From Macrostomum lignano (Eukaryota): 64,000 bases of DNA. Positions 39,601 to 50,349 of the stretch are shown here, piece by piece. The DNA lies in contig NIVC01001203.1 in assembly GCA_002269645.1 (NCBI GenBank), forward strand, positions 186,001-250,000, read 5' to 3'. Position 1 is the stretch's first letter; each line of letters begins with the position of its first letter. The position numbers and the translations under genes were made by a program. The notes below the pieces were generated by a model. That model searched no databases, was not told the DNA's origin, and was given only the letters and a program-made list of their open reading frames with translations.

Positions 39601-40619
39601 CCTCTAACTTATCTACCTCCTATCTACCTCTGCCCTATCTACCTCTCCCGTATCTACCTCTGCCTATCTAACCTCTCACATATCTACCTCTGCCCTATCT
39701 ACCTCACCCCTATCTACCTCACCCCTATCTACCTCTTCCCTATCTAACTCTCCCCTATCTACCTCTGCCTTATCTACCTCTCCCTTATCTACCTCTGCCC
39801 TATCCCCTATCTACCTCACCCCTATCTACATCACCCCTATCTACCTCTTCCCTATCTAACTCTCCCCTATCTACCTCTGCCTTATCTACCTCTCCCTTAT
39901 CTACCTCTGCCCTATCTACCTCTCCTATCTACCTCTCCCCTATCTACCTCTTCCCTATCTAACTCTCCCCTATCTACCTCTGCCCTATCTACCTCACCCC
40001 TATCTACCTCTCCCCTATCTACCTCTCCCGTATCTACCTCTGCCCTATCTACCTCTCCTATCTACCTCTCCCCTATCTACCTCTTCCCTATCTAACTCTC
40101 CCCTATCTACCTCTGCCCTATCTACCTCTCCCCTATCTACCTCTGCCCTATCTACCTCTCCTATCTACCTCTGCCCTATCTACCTCTTCCCTATCTAACT
40201 CTCCCCTATCTACCTCTTCTTACCTTGCTTCCATCATTAAACTCCCCTATCCTGTCCTACACTCTGCAGGTCCCTCAGGCCCCTCAAACCCGTTTGGCGG
40301 AGGCGGTGGCAGCGTATTTGGCAACCCAGCGGCACCGGGCAGGCCGAACTCCTCCATTGCGAATCCGTTCCATCAGCAGCAGCAGGCTGGGCCAAGTCTG
40401 GCTGAGCTGCAGCAACGGCAGAACAGCCAGGCTACTGCAGGATTTCAGCCCGGTGGCAGCAATGAGTTTGGCCTGCCGCCCCCGCTAATTCAGGCCCCCG
40501 CTCAGCATGGCGTGTCCGCTATGACCAGCTATCCAGCGGCCAGCAATCCTTGGGGCAGCCATCAACAGCAACAGCCACAGCCCGGCTCCGCTGCAGCCAG
40601 TTTCAATCCGTTTCTTTGA
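33671..40619 (+). CDS. EPN: Epsin; exons 33671-34167, 35063-35279, 35429-35518, 37309-37344, 37457-37670, 38266-38409, 38807-39070, 40270-40619; 603 aa
   Basis: ENTH domain (NYSDAQVKVREATSNDPWGP, KNWRHVYKALVLLEY); two UIMs (EDLQLQLALAIS, EEIKLKMALEAS); multiple DPW; DEFDLL; LVNLDSL; three NPF ending NPFL*. Phases are consistent across all seven GT-AG introns; total 1812 nt. Confidence 0.93.
34170..34990. repeat. ~23-bp minisatellite (GACAGGTGGACAGGTTGGGTAGA) in epsin intron 1
   Basis: Direct reading; decays toward the 3' end. Confidence 0.95.
36476..36950. repeat. 13-bp minisatellite (CAGCCTCAAACAY) in epsin intron 3
   Basis: Direct reading. Confidence 0.95.
37780..38170. repeat. ~32-bp minisatellite (GGTGAGATTTCCATAGAGACTAG...) in epsin intron 5
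   Basis: Direct reading. Confidence 0.9.
38471..38760 (+). mobile_element. CORE-like SINE in epsin intron 6
   Basis: Homologous to the other copies; B box GGTTCGATTC. Confidence 0.85.
39179..40225. repeat. ~15-bp pyrimidine-rich minisatellite (TATCTACCTCTCCCC) in epsin intron 7
   Basis: Direct reading. Confidence 0.95.
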
Positions 40620-40698
40620 GTCCACTGTTCGGTATGAGTGCAATAAACATTCTAGATAATCTAAGATAAAAAGATTTGAGCCTACGCGCATTGAATTG

Positions 40699-40814
40699 AA
40701 TCCAAGATAGGCTTGCCAATGTGATGTGGAGCTTCTGTCTATGGTAGCAAGCTTCATTTGCCTTGCTACCATAGACGGAAGCTTCATATTGCATTGGCAA
40801 GCATATCTTGGATT
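40699..40814 (+). other. 53-bp imperfect hairpin downstream of the epsin stop codon
   Basis: Arms 40699-40751 and 40762-40814: 47 Watson-Crick pairs, 5 G-U, 1 mismatch, 10-nt loop. Confidence 0.85.
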
Positions 40815-41987
40815 AAACCACTTTAAAGCTCACTTTCAGGGAGGTTATTGACATAGATTTTATTTTGCGGGATTTAATCGATCACTTTCCCGGACATATT
40901 GCAAGGATTATTGTATGTATCTAAATAAGCGAGCTTCTCTCTTCTCTTCCTTCGTGACTCGAGAAATTTCCTAATGAAATTTTGTTTATGGTAAGAATGT
41001 GGGGGCCTCGCCCCCACACCCCCAGAAGGGGCTTTGCCCCCACACCCCATCCCCAAGCTCAACCATAGACATACAAGTATGGCTCTCGGGATTTAATCAC
41101 ATACCGACCTCAAACCCATAGAATATCTTATACTTAACTTAAATGCGCCGTAAGCCCGACTGGACTGCAAAAAAACTATATTAAATAAGGTCACTTGTGT
41201 TTTTTCGTAACTATATTTAGACTAGAAAATCGCTGAAGAGCCATTGCAAACAATTCACAAAGTGCTTAACTTTCTACTAACTCAAGTAGGCTATATAGAG
41301 TTGCTTGAATATTAAATTCGAAATTACGCAGATTATTCAGTGTGTAAATTTTCTAGGTGACAAATCGGCCTTCAAAAAAAAACCCTGTTGTTGTGGATCT
41401 GAAGTCTGTTGTACTCGTAGTATTGCCATCCGAGATTTCGCAATGACTTAACCCCTAGAAATATTTTGAATATTTTTTCAAGTTTAGTAGTTGACACTAA
41501 TAATCTATTTTTAACAAAAATACCCAAATTGTATGCATGTAACCTATCCGTAAAAATATTTATATTTCATTTTATGGCCAAGCGTTCTGGTTGAATTTCA
41601 AATTCTATCTATTTGTCTGTCTCCGTTTTGCCGGCTTCATCGATTACTGTGTTTTATTATTATTATTAACTTATTTTTCTAGCATATTTCAATTTTTCTA
41701 AGCCAAAAATGTTTTTCCCTTCACTACCGCGGAGCTTTTGTTGTACAAAAGGTTGGTTTCTTGAAGAAATTATATTTGGTCCTTGCCGCTGCACCCTGTT
41801 CTGTGTCTGTTTTCTGTTCTGTCTGTGTCTTAGAACCTTCTATACTCTTATTTTTTGTGACAAACTCAACTTTATAGCGTGAGACACATATTGGGTTCAT
41901 TGTGTCTGTTGGATAGTGCTGAAATCAATTTTTGCTATTTTGCCTCTCTGACTAGGGCTTGCCCAATCTATTGTAATTTTGCAAAAA

Positions 41988-42407
41988 ACTGTCTGTCTGT
42001 GTCTGTCTGTGTCTGTCTGTCTGTCTGTGTCTGTCTGTGTCTGTCTGTCTGTCTGTCTGTCTTTCTGTCTGTCTGTCTTTCTGTCTGCCTGTCTGTCAGT
42101 GTCTGTCTGTGTCTGTCTGTCTGTCTGTCAGTGTCTGTCTGTGTCTGTCTGCCTGTCTGTCTGTGTCTGTCTGTCTGTCTTTCTGTCCGACTGGCTATGT
42201 GTCTGTCTGTCTGTGTCTGTCCGTCTGTCTGTTTGTGTCTGTCTTTCTGTGTCTGTCCGTCAGTGTCTGTCTGTCTGTCTGTTTGTGTCTGTCTGTCTGT
42301 CTGTCTGCCTGTGTCTGTCCGTCAGTGTCTGTCTGTCTGTCTGTCTGTCTGTGTCTGTCCGTCAGTGTCTGTCTATCTGTCTGTCTGTCTATCTGTCTGT
42401 CTGTTTG

Positions 42408-42440
<33 letters not shown>

Positions 42441-42485
42441 TGTCTGTGTCTGTCCGTCAGTGTCTGTCTGTCTGTCTGTCTGTCC
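41988..42485. repeat. (TGTC)n compound microsatellite
   Basis: Direct reading. Confidence 0.96.
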
Positions 42486-43597
42486 TTCAGCAGTTTCGTT
42501 TCATCAGTAAATGGAACCCAAGCATTCGGCATGAAGTCAGCAGCCAGCTTACATTGAATATTTACGCGTACAGTTTTTTAGTGTGGCAGGCGAGAAGGCA
42601 GATAACAGCGAGAGGCAAAAGCTTAAACGAAGGATCTAAGAATTAAGAATTGAACAAATTTTTAGTACAATAGAATTTGCTACTTATTCAACTACCTGTG
42701 TCAGTAGCTCTCATGTCACAAGTGCCACACGACGGAGTCCTCCTAGTATGCAAATGGATTTTAATATTATTGATTTGATATAACTTTCTGTTGTTTGTTT
42801 TGTCTTACTTTTTTGTTTGCTTAATCATTTATTTTGTCAATCTCGACTTTAGCAAAATTGGTGACATCAAAATTTGGTTTGCCATTCAGTTTATTTTGTT
42901 GGCCTGCTAAAATTGAAGTCAATTTTGTCAAAGTCAAGATTAAAAAACCTTAATTCAGTGTTTTACTGTTGTCTGTTATTAAATACAACTCGCAAAAAAT
43001 ATTGGCGTTATAACAAATAATATTTAATTGACATTCGCAATTCACCTTGTGGTGCAATGAAAGCCGCAAAATGCAAAAAAAGCCAAACAAATCTGGAAAA
43101 AATGTTTCCTATTTTGTTATAATTCTGTTATATGTTTTGATTTTCTTTTTCACTACATAATAATATTTTTCGTTTGGAATGAGTGCAATTTTTTGCTTGC
43201 CTACTCATCCGCTTACTACTAATCTGTGACAGTAGTATGTGTTTGGCACTCGTATCGAATGCTGTAATAATAATAAAATAATAATATTTTAGTGGCAGAA
43301 CAGACTCAAAAAAGTGTGTTATGTACAATAAATATGTGTTGATTTGTTTAACTTTAGTCATTGGAAATGCTATAATTGCTACTATGTGGCCACTTTGTTT
43401 ATTCTTCACTCCCTTATACACTGCCTAGTTTAATTCTTGTTCCTGTCTGTCTGTGCGCGTTTGCCTAATAAATTTATTCATAAATAATACTTATTTATTT
43501 TAAATATTTTAATGTTGGAATGATGACAACACAATTCTAAATTGTTACACCGAGTTTTCGTGTTTTGCTTCTTTTTTATGTTAGAGGGACTTTAAGT

Positions 43598-45445
43598 TGT
43601 ATGGAAGTCTTCCATCCAGGTGTGTGGAAGTCTTCCTTCCAGGTGTGTGGAAGTCTTCCTTCCAGGTGTGTGGAAGTCTTCCTTCCAGGTGTGTGGAAGT
43701 CTTCCTTCCAGGTGTGTGGAAGTCTTCCTTCCAGGTGTGTGGAAGTCTTCCTTCCAGGTGTGTGGAAGTCTTCCATCCAGGTGTGTGGAAGTCTTCCTTC
43801 CAGGTGTGTGGAAGTCTTCCTTCCAGGTGTGTGGAAGTCTTCCTTCCAGGTGTGTGGAAGTCTTCCTTCCAGGTGTGTGGAAGTCTTCCTTCCAGGTGTG
43901 TGGAAGTCTTCCTTCCAGGTGTGTGGAAGTCTTCCTTCCAGGTGTGTGGAAGTCTTCCTTCCAGGTGTGTGGAAGTCTTCCATCCAGGTGTGTGGAAGTC
44001 TTCCTTCCAGGTGTGTGGAAGTCTTCCTTCCAGGTGTGTGGAAGTCTTCCTTCCAGTTGTGTGGAAGTCTTCCTTCCAGGTGTGTGGAAGTCTTCCTTCC
44101 AGGTGTGTGGAAGTCTTCCTTCCAGGTGTGTGGAAGTCTTCCTTCCAGGTGTGTGGAAGTCTTCCTTCCAGGTGTGTGGAAGTCTTCCATCCAGGTGTGT
44201 GGAAGTCTTCCTTCCAGGTGTGTGGAAGTCTTCCTTCCAGGTGTGTGGAAGTCTTCCTTCCAGTTGTGTGGAAGTCTTCCTTCCAGGTGTGTGGAAGTCT
44301 TCCTTCCAGGTGTGTGGAAGTCTTCCTTCCAGGTGTGTGGAAGTCTTCCTTCCAGGTGTGTGGAAGTCTTCCTTCCAGGTGTGTGGAAGTCTTCCTTCCA
44401 GTTGTGTGGAAGTCTTCCTTCCAGGTGTGTGGAAGTCTTCCTTCCAGGTGTGTGGAAGTCTTCCTTCCAGTTGTGTGGAAGTCTTCCTTCCAGGTGTGTG
44501 GAAGTCTTCCTTCCAGGTGTGTGGAAGTCTTCCTTCCAGGTGTGTGGAAGTCTTCCTTCCAGGTGTGTGGAAGTCTTCCAGGTGTGTGGAAGTCTTCCTT
44601 CCAGGTGTGTGGAAGTCTTCCTTCCAGGTGTGTGGAAGTCTTCCTTCCAGGTGTGTGGAAGTCTTCCTTCCAGTTGTGTGGAAGTCTTCCTTCCAGGTGT
44701 GTGGAAGTCTTCCTTCCAGGTGTGTGGAAGTCTTCCTTCCAGGTGTGTGGAAGTCTTCCTTCCAGGTGTGTGGAAGTCTTCCTTCCAGGTGTGTGGAAGT
44801 CTTCCTTCCAGGTGTGTGGAAGTCTTCCTTCCAGGTGTGTGGAAGTCTTCCTTCCAGTTGTGTGGAAGTCTTCCTTCCAGGTGTGTGGAAGTCTTCCTTC
44901 CAGGTGTGTGGAAGTCTTCCTTCCAGGTGTGTGGAAGTCTTCCTTCCAGGTGTGTGGAAGTCTTCCTTCCAGGTGTGTGGAAGTCTTCCTTCCAGGTGTG
45001 TGGAAGTCTTCCTTCCAGGTGTGTGGAAGTCTTCCAGGTGTGTGGAAGTCTTCCTTCCAGGTGTGTGGAAGTCTTCCTTCCAGGTGTGTGGAAGTCTTCC
45101 TTCCAGTTGTGTGGAAGTCTTCCTTCCAGGTGTGTGGAAGTCTTCCTTCCAGGTGTGTGGAAGTCTTCCTTCCAGGTGTGTGGAAGTCTTCCTTCCAGGT
45201 GTGTGGAAGTCTTCCTTCCAGGTGTGTGGAAGTCTTCCTTCCAGGTGTGTGGAAGTCTTCCTTCCAGGTGTGTGGAAGTCTTCCTTCCAGGTGTGTGGAA
45301 GTCTTCCTTCCAGGTGTGTGGAAGTCTTCCTTCCAGGTGTGTGGAAGTCTTCCTTCCAGGTGTGTGGAAGTCTTCCTTCCAGGTGTGTGGAAGTCTTCCT
45401 TCCAGGTGTGTGGAAGTCTTCCCTTCCAGGTGTGTGGATGTGTCT
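43598..45445. repeat. 23-bp minisatellite (CCAGGTGTGTGGAAGTCTTCCTT), ~80 copies
   Basis: Period 23 checked; explains the three ~650-aa periodic ORFs. Confidence 0.98.
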
Positions 45446-45471
45446 ATTTGGCTTCGCTCGCGGTCTTGTCT

Positions 45472-45473
<2 letters not shown>

Positions 45474-45523
<50 letters not shown>
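45474..45523. repeat. (CT)n microsatellite
   Basis: Direct reading. Confidence 0.95.
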
Positions 45524-45525
<2 letters not shown>

Positions 45526-46654
45526 GCTTGCGTGACCGACAAAGGCAGAGGCTTCTAACTAAAGGTTAGAGCAGAAAGGTTAGAGCTCTACTGGGGGGGG
45601 GGGTTAGATGCATCTCTCTCTCTCTCTCTGTCTCTATCACACTCGCTCTGATCTATCAGTCAAGTAAGCTTCGCTACTTTGCTTACTTATTCATATGCTC
45701 AAATCTTTTTTTGCTTCTTCTTTTCATCTGTCGGGTTCCGCCCGCCACTGGCATCGAGATCAGTATATGGGATTTCTATCCTCTCTCTTGGTGTCTACGT
45801 AACAGTATTGGTTGCGTTCCGAAGGCGTTGCTCCGGAGTGAATAATTACCATCACCAGAGCGTATATACCGCAATGGGAGGTGTCTTGACTCTTGTAGCC
45901 AAATAAAATGATTTTTTGCAGAGCTGTCTACTCCAGATTCTAGTTCCAAATCTCCTTGGCCATGGGCGGCCTCTCTTTATTCCTTCTTTCAATCTTCCTT
46001 CCTTTTACTTCTTTTGATTGCATGCGCCGCGCGCTGGGAAGCTAAGGGGTGCCCGGTGGCCGCTGCCACCGCCGCTTCCATCCATCGCTTCCTCGCTTCG
46101 TCTCTCTCACCACCCGCCCAAAACCCCCAAGGGAGGGAGGGCCCTCCAGCCGCTAAGTAAGCACAGAGCCTCCCTGCCAGTGTGTTCGCGCCGCTAGCCT
46201 CTCTCTCTCCGCGCTCTCGAGAGAGCCCAAGCCAACCGTTTTGTGTGTTAGTCAGCCCCCAGCCAGGCCAGCTAACCGCCAACTCTCAAGCCTCGGAAAC
46301 TCCTTGGGGCGGCGATCGACCAACCACCCCGCCCCCAACCCCCTGGCCAACCGCCGCCCCCCCCCCGCTGCCCCATCCTTTACCCTTCTTGTGCTGTGCG
46401 TGCGTGCGACGCAAGCGACAGGCCGACAGTTCGACAGCCCCGGCGACCCGACCGCCTCCCATCCCACCCCGCCCTCTCCTTCCCCCATCGGTCTTTCTAT
46501 GTTATATAGTATTAGTATATTCTATATAGCAGTGGCTACGAGTATTAAGGAAGGCCTGAGACGCAGCTTCCCAACCGCCGGACAAAGACGATCTTAAGAC
46601 ATTTGACGCGATTCCAAGAAATCTCCAGCGATTCTTAATACTTATCGTTCAGCC

Positions 46655-48649
46655 ATGAAATCCGACATGTATGTCGCTTCTTCAAAAAGCTCCGCTGCTG
46701 CGGCTGCTGCTGCGTCGACATCCGGGATGAGCAACAGCCACTGGCCTCTGCCTCTTCAGCAGCACCAGCTGCTACAACAGCAACAGCAGCAGCAGCAGCA
46801 CGCTCTGCTTTTAGAAGCTGCAGCTGCTTTGAGCCAGCAATACGCCTACGCTGCATTTTATCCACCAGCTTCCCAGCATCCTCTTTACCATCATCATCCT
46901 CAGCAACATGTGCAGCACAATCTCAGCCAAGTATTTCTGGCTCAGCAGCAACAGTTGATGCAGCAACATGAGCAGCTGTTACAGCAGTCTCATGTAATTC
47001 CATCGGCTGCAGCTGCTGCAGCCGAACTGCCGACGCCTCTGCAAACACCGGAGCCTTCGGCCATAGACAGCAATCCGGCCAGTCTCAAATCCAGCCTGCT
47101 GTCAATCATTGACCGTCTCAGAGAGCGCAAAGCTCGTCCAGACGCTGATCGGATCTGCTCGATGATGTCGCGGCAGCTTGGCCTGCCTCGGGAGACAATC
47201 GCGAGAGCTCTGGAACGCCTAGTAGAGGAGGGCGCGGTGCTGCGTGTTGAGTACAAGGGCTCGGTGTCATATCGCAATGCGGCAAAGTGGCGCAACAAAC
47301 TATCATCATCAAGTGCCAGCACCTGCTCAACTGGGGAGCGAACGATTCAAAAGAAGCGAAAGCAGACTCAAGCGACGGATTCTGCTCAAGCAGCAGCCGT
47401 CTCAAATTCCAGCTGTTCCAAAGCTGAAGTCAAAGATGAAGAGGTTGAGCCGTTTCAAGCTTTGGATCTGACTGTTTCGTCAGCTTCTGCTCTAGCGCGT
47501 GCGGTGGTCAAGACTGAGCACGCTGAGCAGCCTGGGGGCTATTTGAAGGACGAAGTTATCGAAAGTGAAGTCTTGAGAAAGTCTGTTGTCGAATCTCACA
47601 GAGATGAGCTTTCAATGGACTGTGCCATCGGCTGCACAGCTGAGCCTGCAGATGCGACCGAAGGCAGCGACTTGATGTGAGTCAGCAATAGACTTTATTT
47701 TGATGCAGATTCTTAATAATTCACCTCTTTTACTACTGTATCCGCCCCTCTGCACCGCCAAATACGCCCCTCCTATCAGAAGGTCCGCACCTCCCACCAG
47801 AAGATCCGCCCCTCTCATCAGAAGATCCGCCCCTCCCACTAGAGGATCCGCCCATCCCACTAAAGGATCCGCCCTTCCCTTCAGAGATCCGCCCCTCTAA
47901 CCAGAAGATCCGCCCCTCCTACTAGAGGATCCGCCCCTCCCACTAGAGAATCCGCCTTTCCCTTCAGAGATCCGCCCCTCTAACCTGAAGATCCGCCCCT
48001 CCCACTGAAGATCTACCACTCCCACCAGAAGAACCACCTCTCCCAGCAGAAGATCCGCTCCTCCTACCACAAGATCCGCTCCTCCTACCACAAGATCCGC
48101 CCCTCCTACCACAAGATCCGCCCCTCCTACCACAAGATCCGCCCCTCCACCCAGAAGATCCGCTCCTTCCACCAATTGTTCAAAGAGCTCCGCAAACTCA
48201 TCTTTAGCGAGCAAATCGAAGGACCTCAGCCAGCAAAAGCATACGACTGCAAAACTGTAGAAGAAGAAGAATCCGATACAGCAGAAGCAATCGACTCAGC
48301 AAAAGCAGCAACAGGCAAATCAGTTGAAGAGCAATCCGAAACCGAAGATCTGGACAATGCCGACTACTACGACGACGATCTGGACGACGATTCTTCCATC
48401 TACGACGTCGACGCATCCGCCTGGACAATCGAGGAAGTTGCCGACTGGCTCCGAGCTCGAGGATTCGCCGAGGCGGCGGCGGCTTTCCGGACTCAAGAAA
48501 TCGACGGCGAAGCGCTGATGCTGCTGCGCAGGGGCGACGTGCTGGCCTGTCTCGGCCTGCGGCTCGGCCCGGCGGTGAAGCTGTTCCAGTGCGTCTGCCG
48601 GCTGCAGGCGGCCAGCCAACTGCGGATACGCTGGGCCTGCGGCAACTGA
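46655..48649 (+). CDS. SAMD1: SAMD1/atherin-like chromatin protein (polyQ N-terminus, SAMD1-type winged helix, acidic linker, C-terminal SAM domain); exons 46655-47676 and 48208-48649, 487 aa
   Basis: IIDRLRERKARPDADRIC...LVEEGAVLRVEYKGSVSYRNA matches the SAMD1 WH as I recall it. WTIEEVADWL...FRTQEIDGEALMLL...LGLRLGPAVKL is a SAM domain. Phase-2 intron AT|GTGAGT ... TTTAG|C. Confidence 0.82.
47760..48170. repeat. 21-bp minisatellite (AGAAGATCCGCCCCTCCYACC) in the SAMD1-like intron
   Basis: Direct reading. Confidence 0.92.
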
Positions 48650-49500
48650 CTGGACAGGGACCCTTGACACTCCAACTGGACTGGGCATGGACCCTTTTGA
48701 AACTGGATCTGGATTGGAAATTGACCCTTATGATACTCAATCTGGACTGCGCATATGGACCCATTTGAAACTCGATCTGGACTGGGCATGGACCCTTATC
48801 GAAACTCCAACTGGACTGGAAATGGACCTTTTTTAAAAATCGATCTGGACTGGGCATGGACCTTTTTGAAACTCGATCTGGTCTGGGAATGGACGTTGAA
48901 ATTTCATCTTGACTGGGCAAGGATCCTTTCAAAACTCCAACTGGACTGGGAATAGACCTTCTGTAAACTCGATCTGGAATAGTCATGAACCCTTTTAAAC
49001 TTGATCTAGACTGGCCATGGACCCTTTCAAAGCTCAATCTGGACTGGGCATGGACCCTTTTGAAACTCGATCTGGACTGGGAATGGACCTTTTGTAAACT
49101 CGATCTGAAATAGTCATGAACCCTTATTATAAGTCTATCTGGACTGGGCAAGGACCCTTTTGAAACTCGATCTGGACTGGGAATGGACGTTGAAATTTCA
49201 TCTTGACTGGGCAAGGACCCTTTCGAAACTCCAACTGGACTGGGAATGGACTTTTTTGAAACTCGATCTGGAATAGTCATGGACCCTTTCAAGCTCAATC
49301 TGGACTGGGCAAGGACCCTTATTGAAACTCAAACTAACTGGACTGGGAATGGACCTTTTCTAAAACTCGATCTGAACTGGGCATGAACCTTTCTGAAACT
49401 CAATTATACACTGTGCATGGACCATTTTGAAACTCGACCTGGACTGGGCATGGATCCTTATCGAAATTCCATCTGGTCTGGACATAAACCCTTGAAACTT
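48650..49500. repeat. ~33-bp minisatellite (CTGGACTGGGCATGGACCCTTTTGAAACTCGAT) starting at the SAMD1-like stop codon
   Basis: Direct reading. Confidence 0.92.
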
Positions 49501-49897
49501 CATGTGAACTGATTATAGATTTTGTGCGCTGATAATAAGCTAATTAATGACTGTAAAGCCATTCTAGTCAGCCTCTAGATTAATTTTTAGCAATTTTCGG
49601 CTTATTGCATGTAAAAAATATGTTCTGCGTTTAAATTTCTTTTTCTTTCACCATGACTTTTGACTTTCAGAAATGTGTGAATGCATATTCTTCAATACTA
49701 AATTATGGTAGACTACATTGATTTATTAAATTTTTTTTCAAAATCATTTACTCTCACACGTAGCATGTAATAAAGTTCAATTATGTTGGTAATTTTTGCT
49801 TTTTAAATTTACATAAATGGCTTACTACAATATATTAAATTTAGATGATTGCAGTTAAAATTTATTTCTGATTTTTAATCTATTTCTTACATCCAAG

Positions 49898-50153
49898 ACG
49901 GGTTGCAGCCGGGTGGTTAGAGCGACGGCCACTCACGACTGTAAGGTCGGGGGTTCGATTCCCAATCCCACTCGGAACAATTTTTGTCCTTGAGCAAGAC
50001 ACTTAACTGTGCAAGTTGCTTCAGTTCACCCAGCTGTAAAATGGGTGCGAGCATTAGCTGGGGTGATTGAAGATGTGTGTGGCGACCCCCCTCCAAGTCC
50101 TTGGACTGAACAGCCGTACGCAGCCTTCAGATGCGCCGCGCAATAGCTGCGGC
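49898..50153 (+). mobile_element. CORE-like SINE cut off at ...AATAGCTGCGGC by the Polinton-like insertion
   Basis: A and B boxes and CORE present. The tail found in the copies at 24540 and 38700 (TGAG[T/C]TGTCGG...) is absent. Confidence 0.88.
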
Positions 50154-50349
50154 AGTAGAAGGCATGAGGGGGCTTCTGGGACAAAATTTTTCACGTCCTC
50201 CATAATCCCATTAAATCCATTCATATTATCCCTGACAGAATCAGAAAAAAAGGGGGGTCGCACTCGCTCACAAAACGTCCTCCATAATCCCATTAAATCC
50301 ATCCATATTATCCCCGACAGAATCATGAAAAAGTGGATGAGTGAATGAA

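Noticed and set aside
43565-45569. Three ~650-aa overlapping ORFs
   Set aside because: A 23-bp stop-free unit cycles through all frames; artefact.
47700-48214. ORFs with RRSAPP / VGGADL repeats
   Set aside because: They lie in the intron minisatellite of the SAMD1-like gene.
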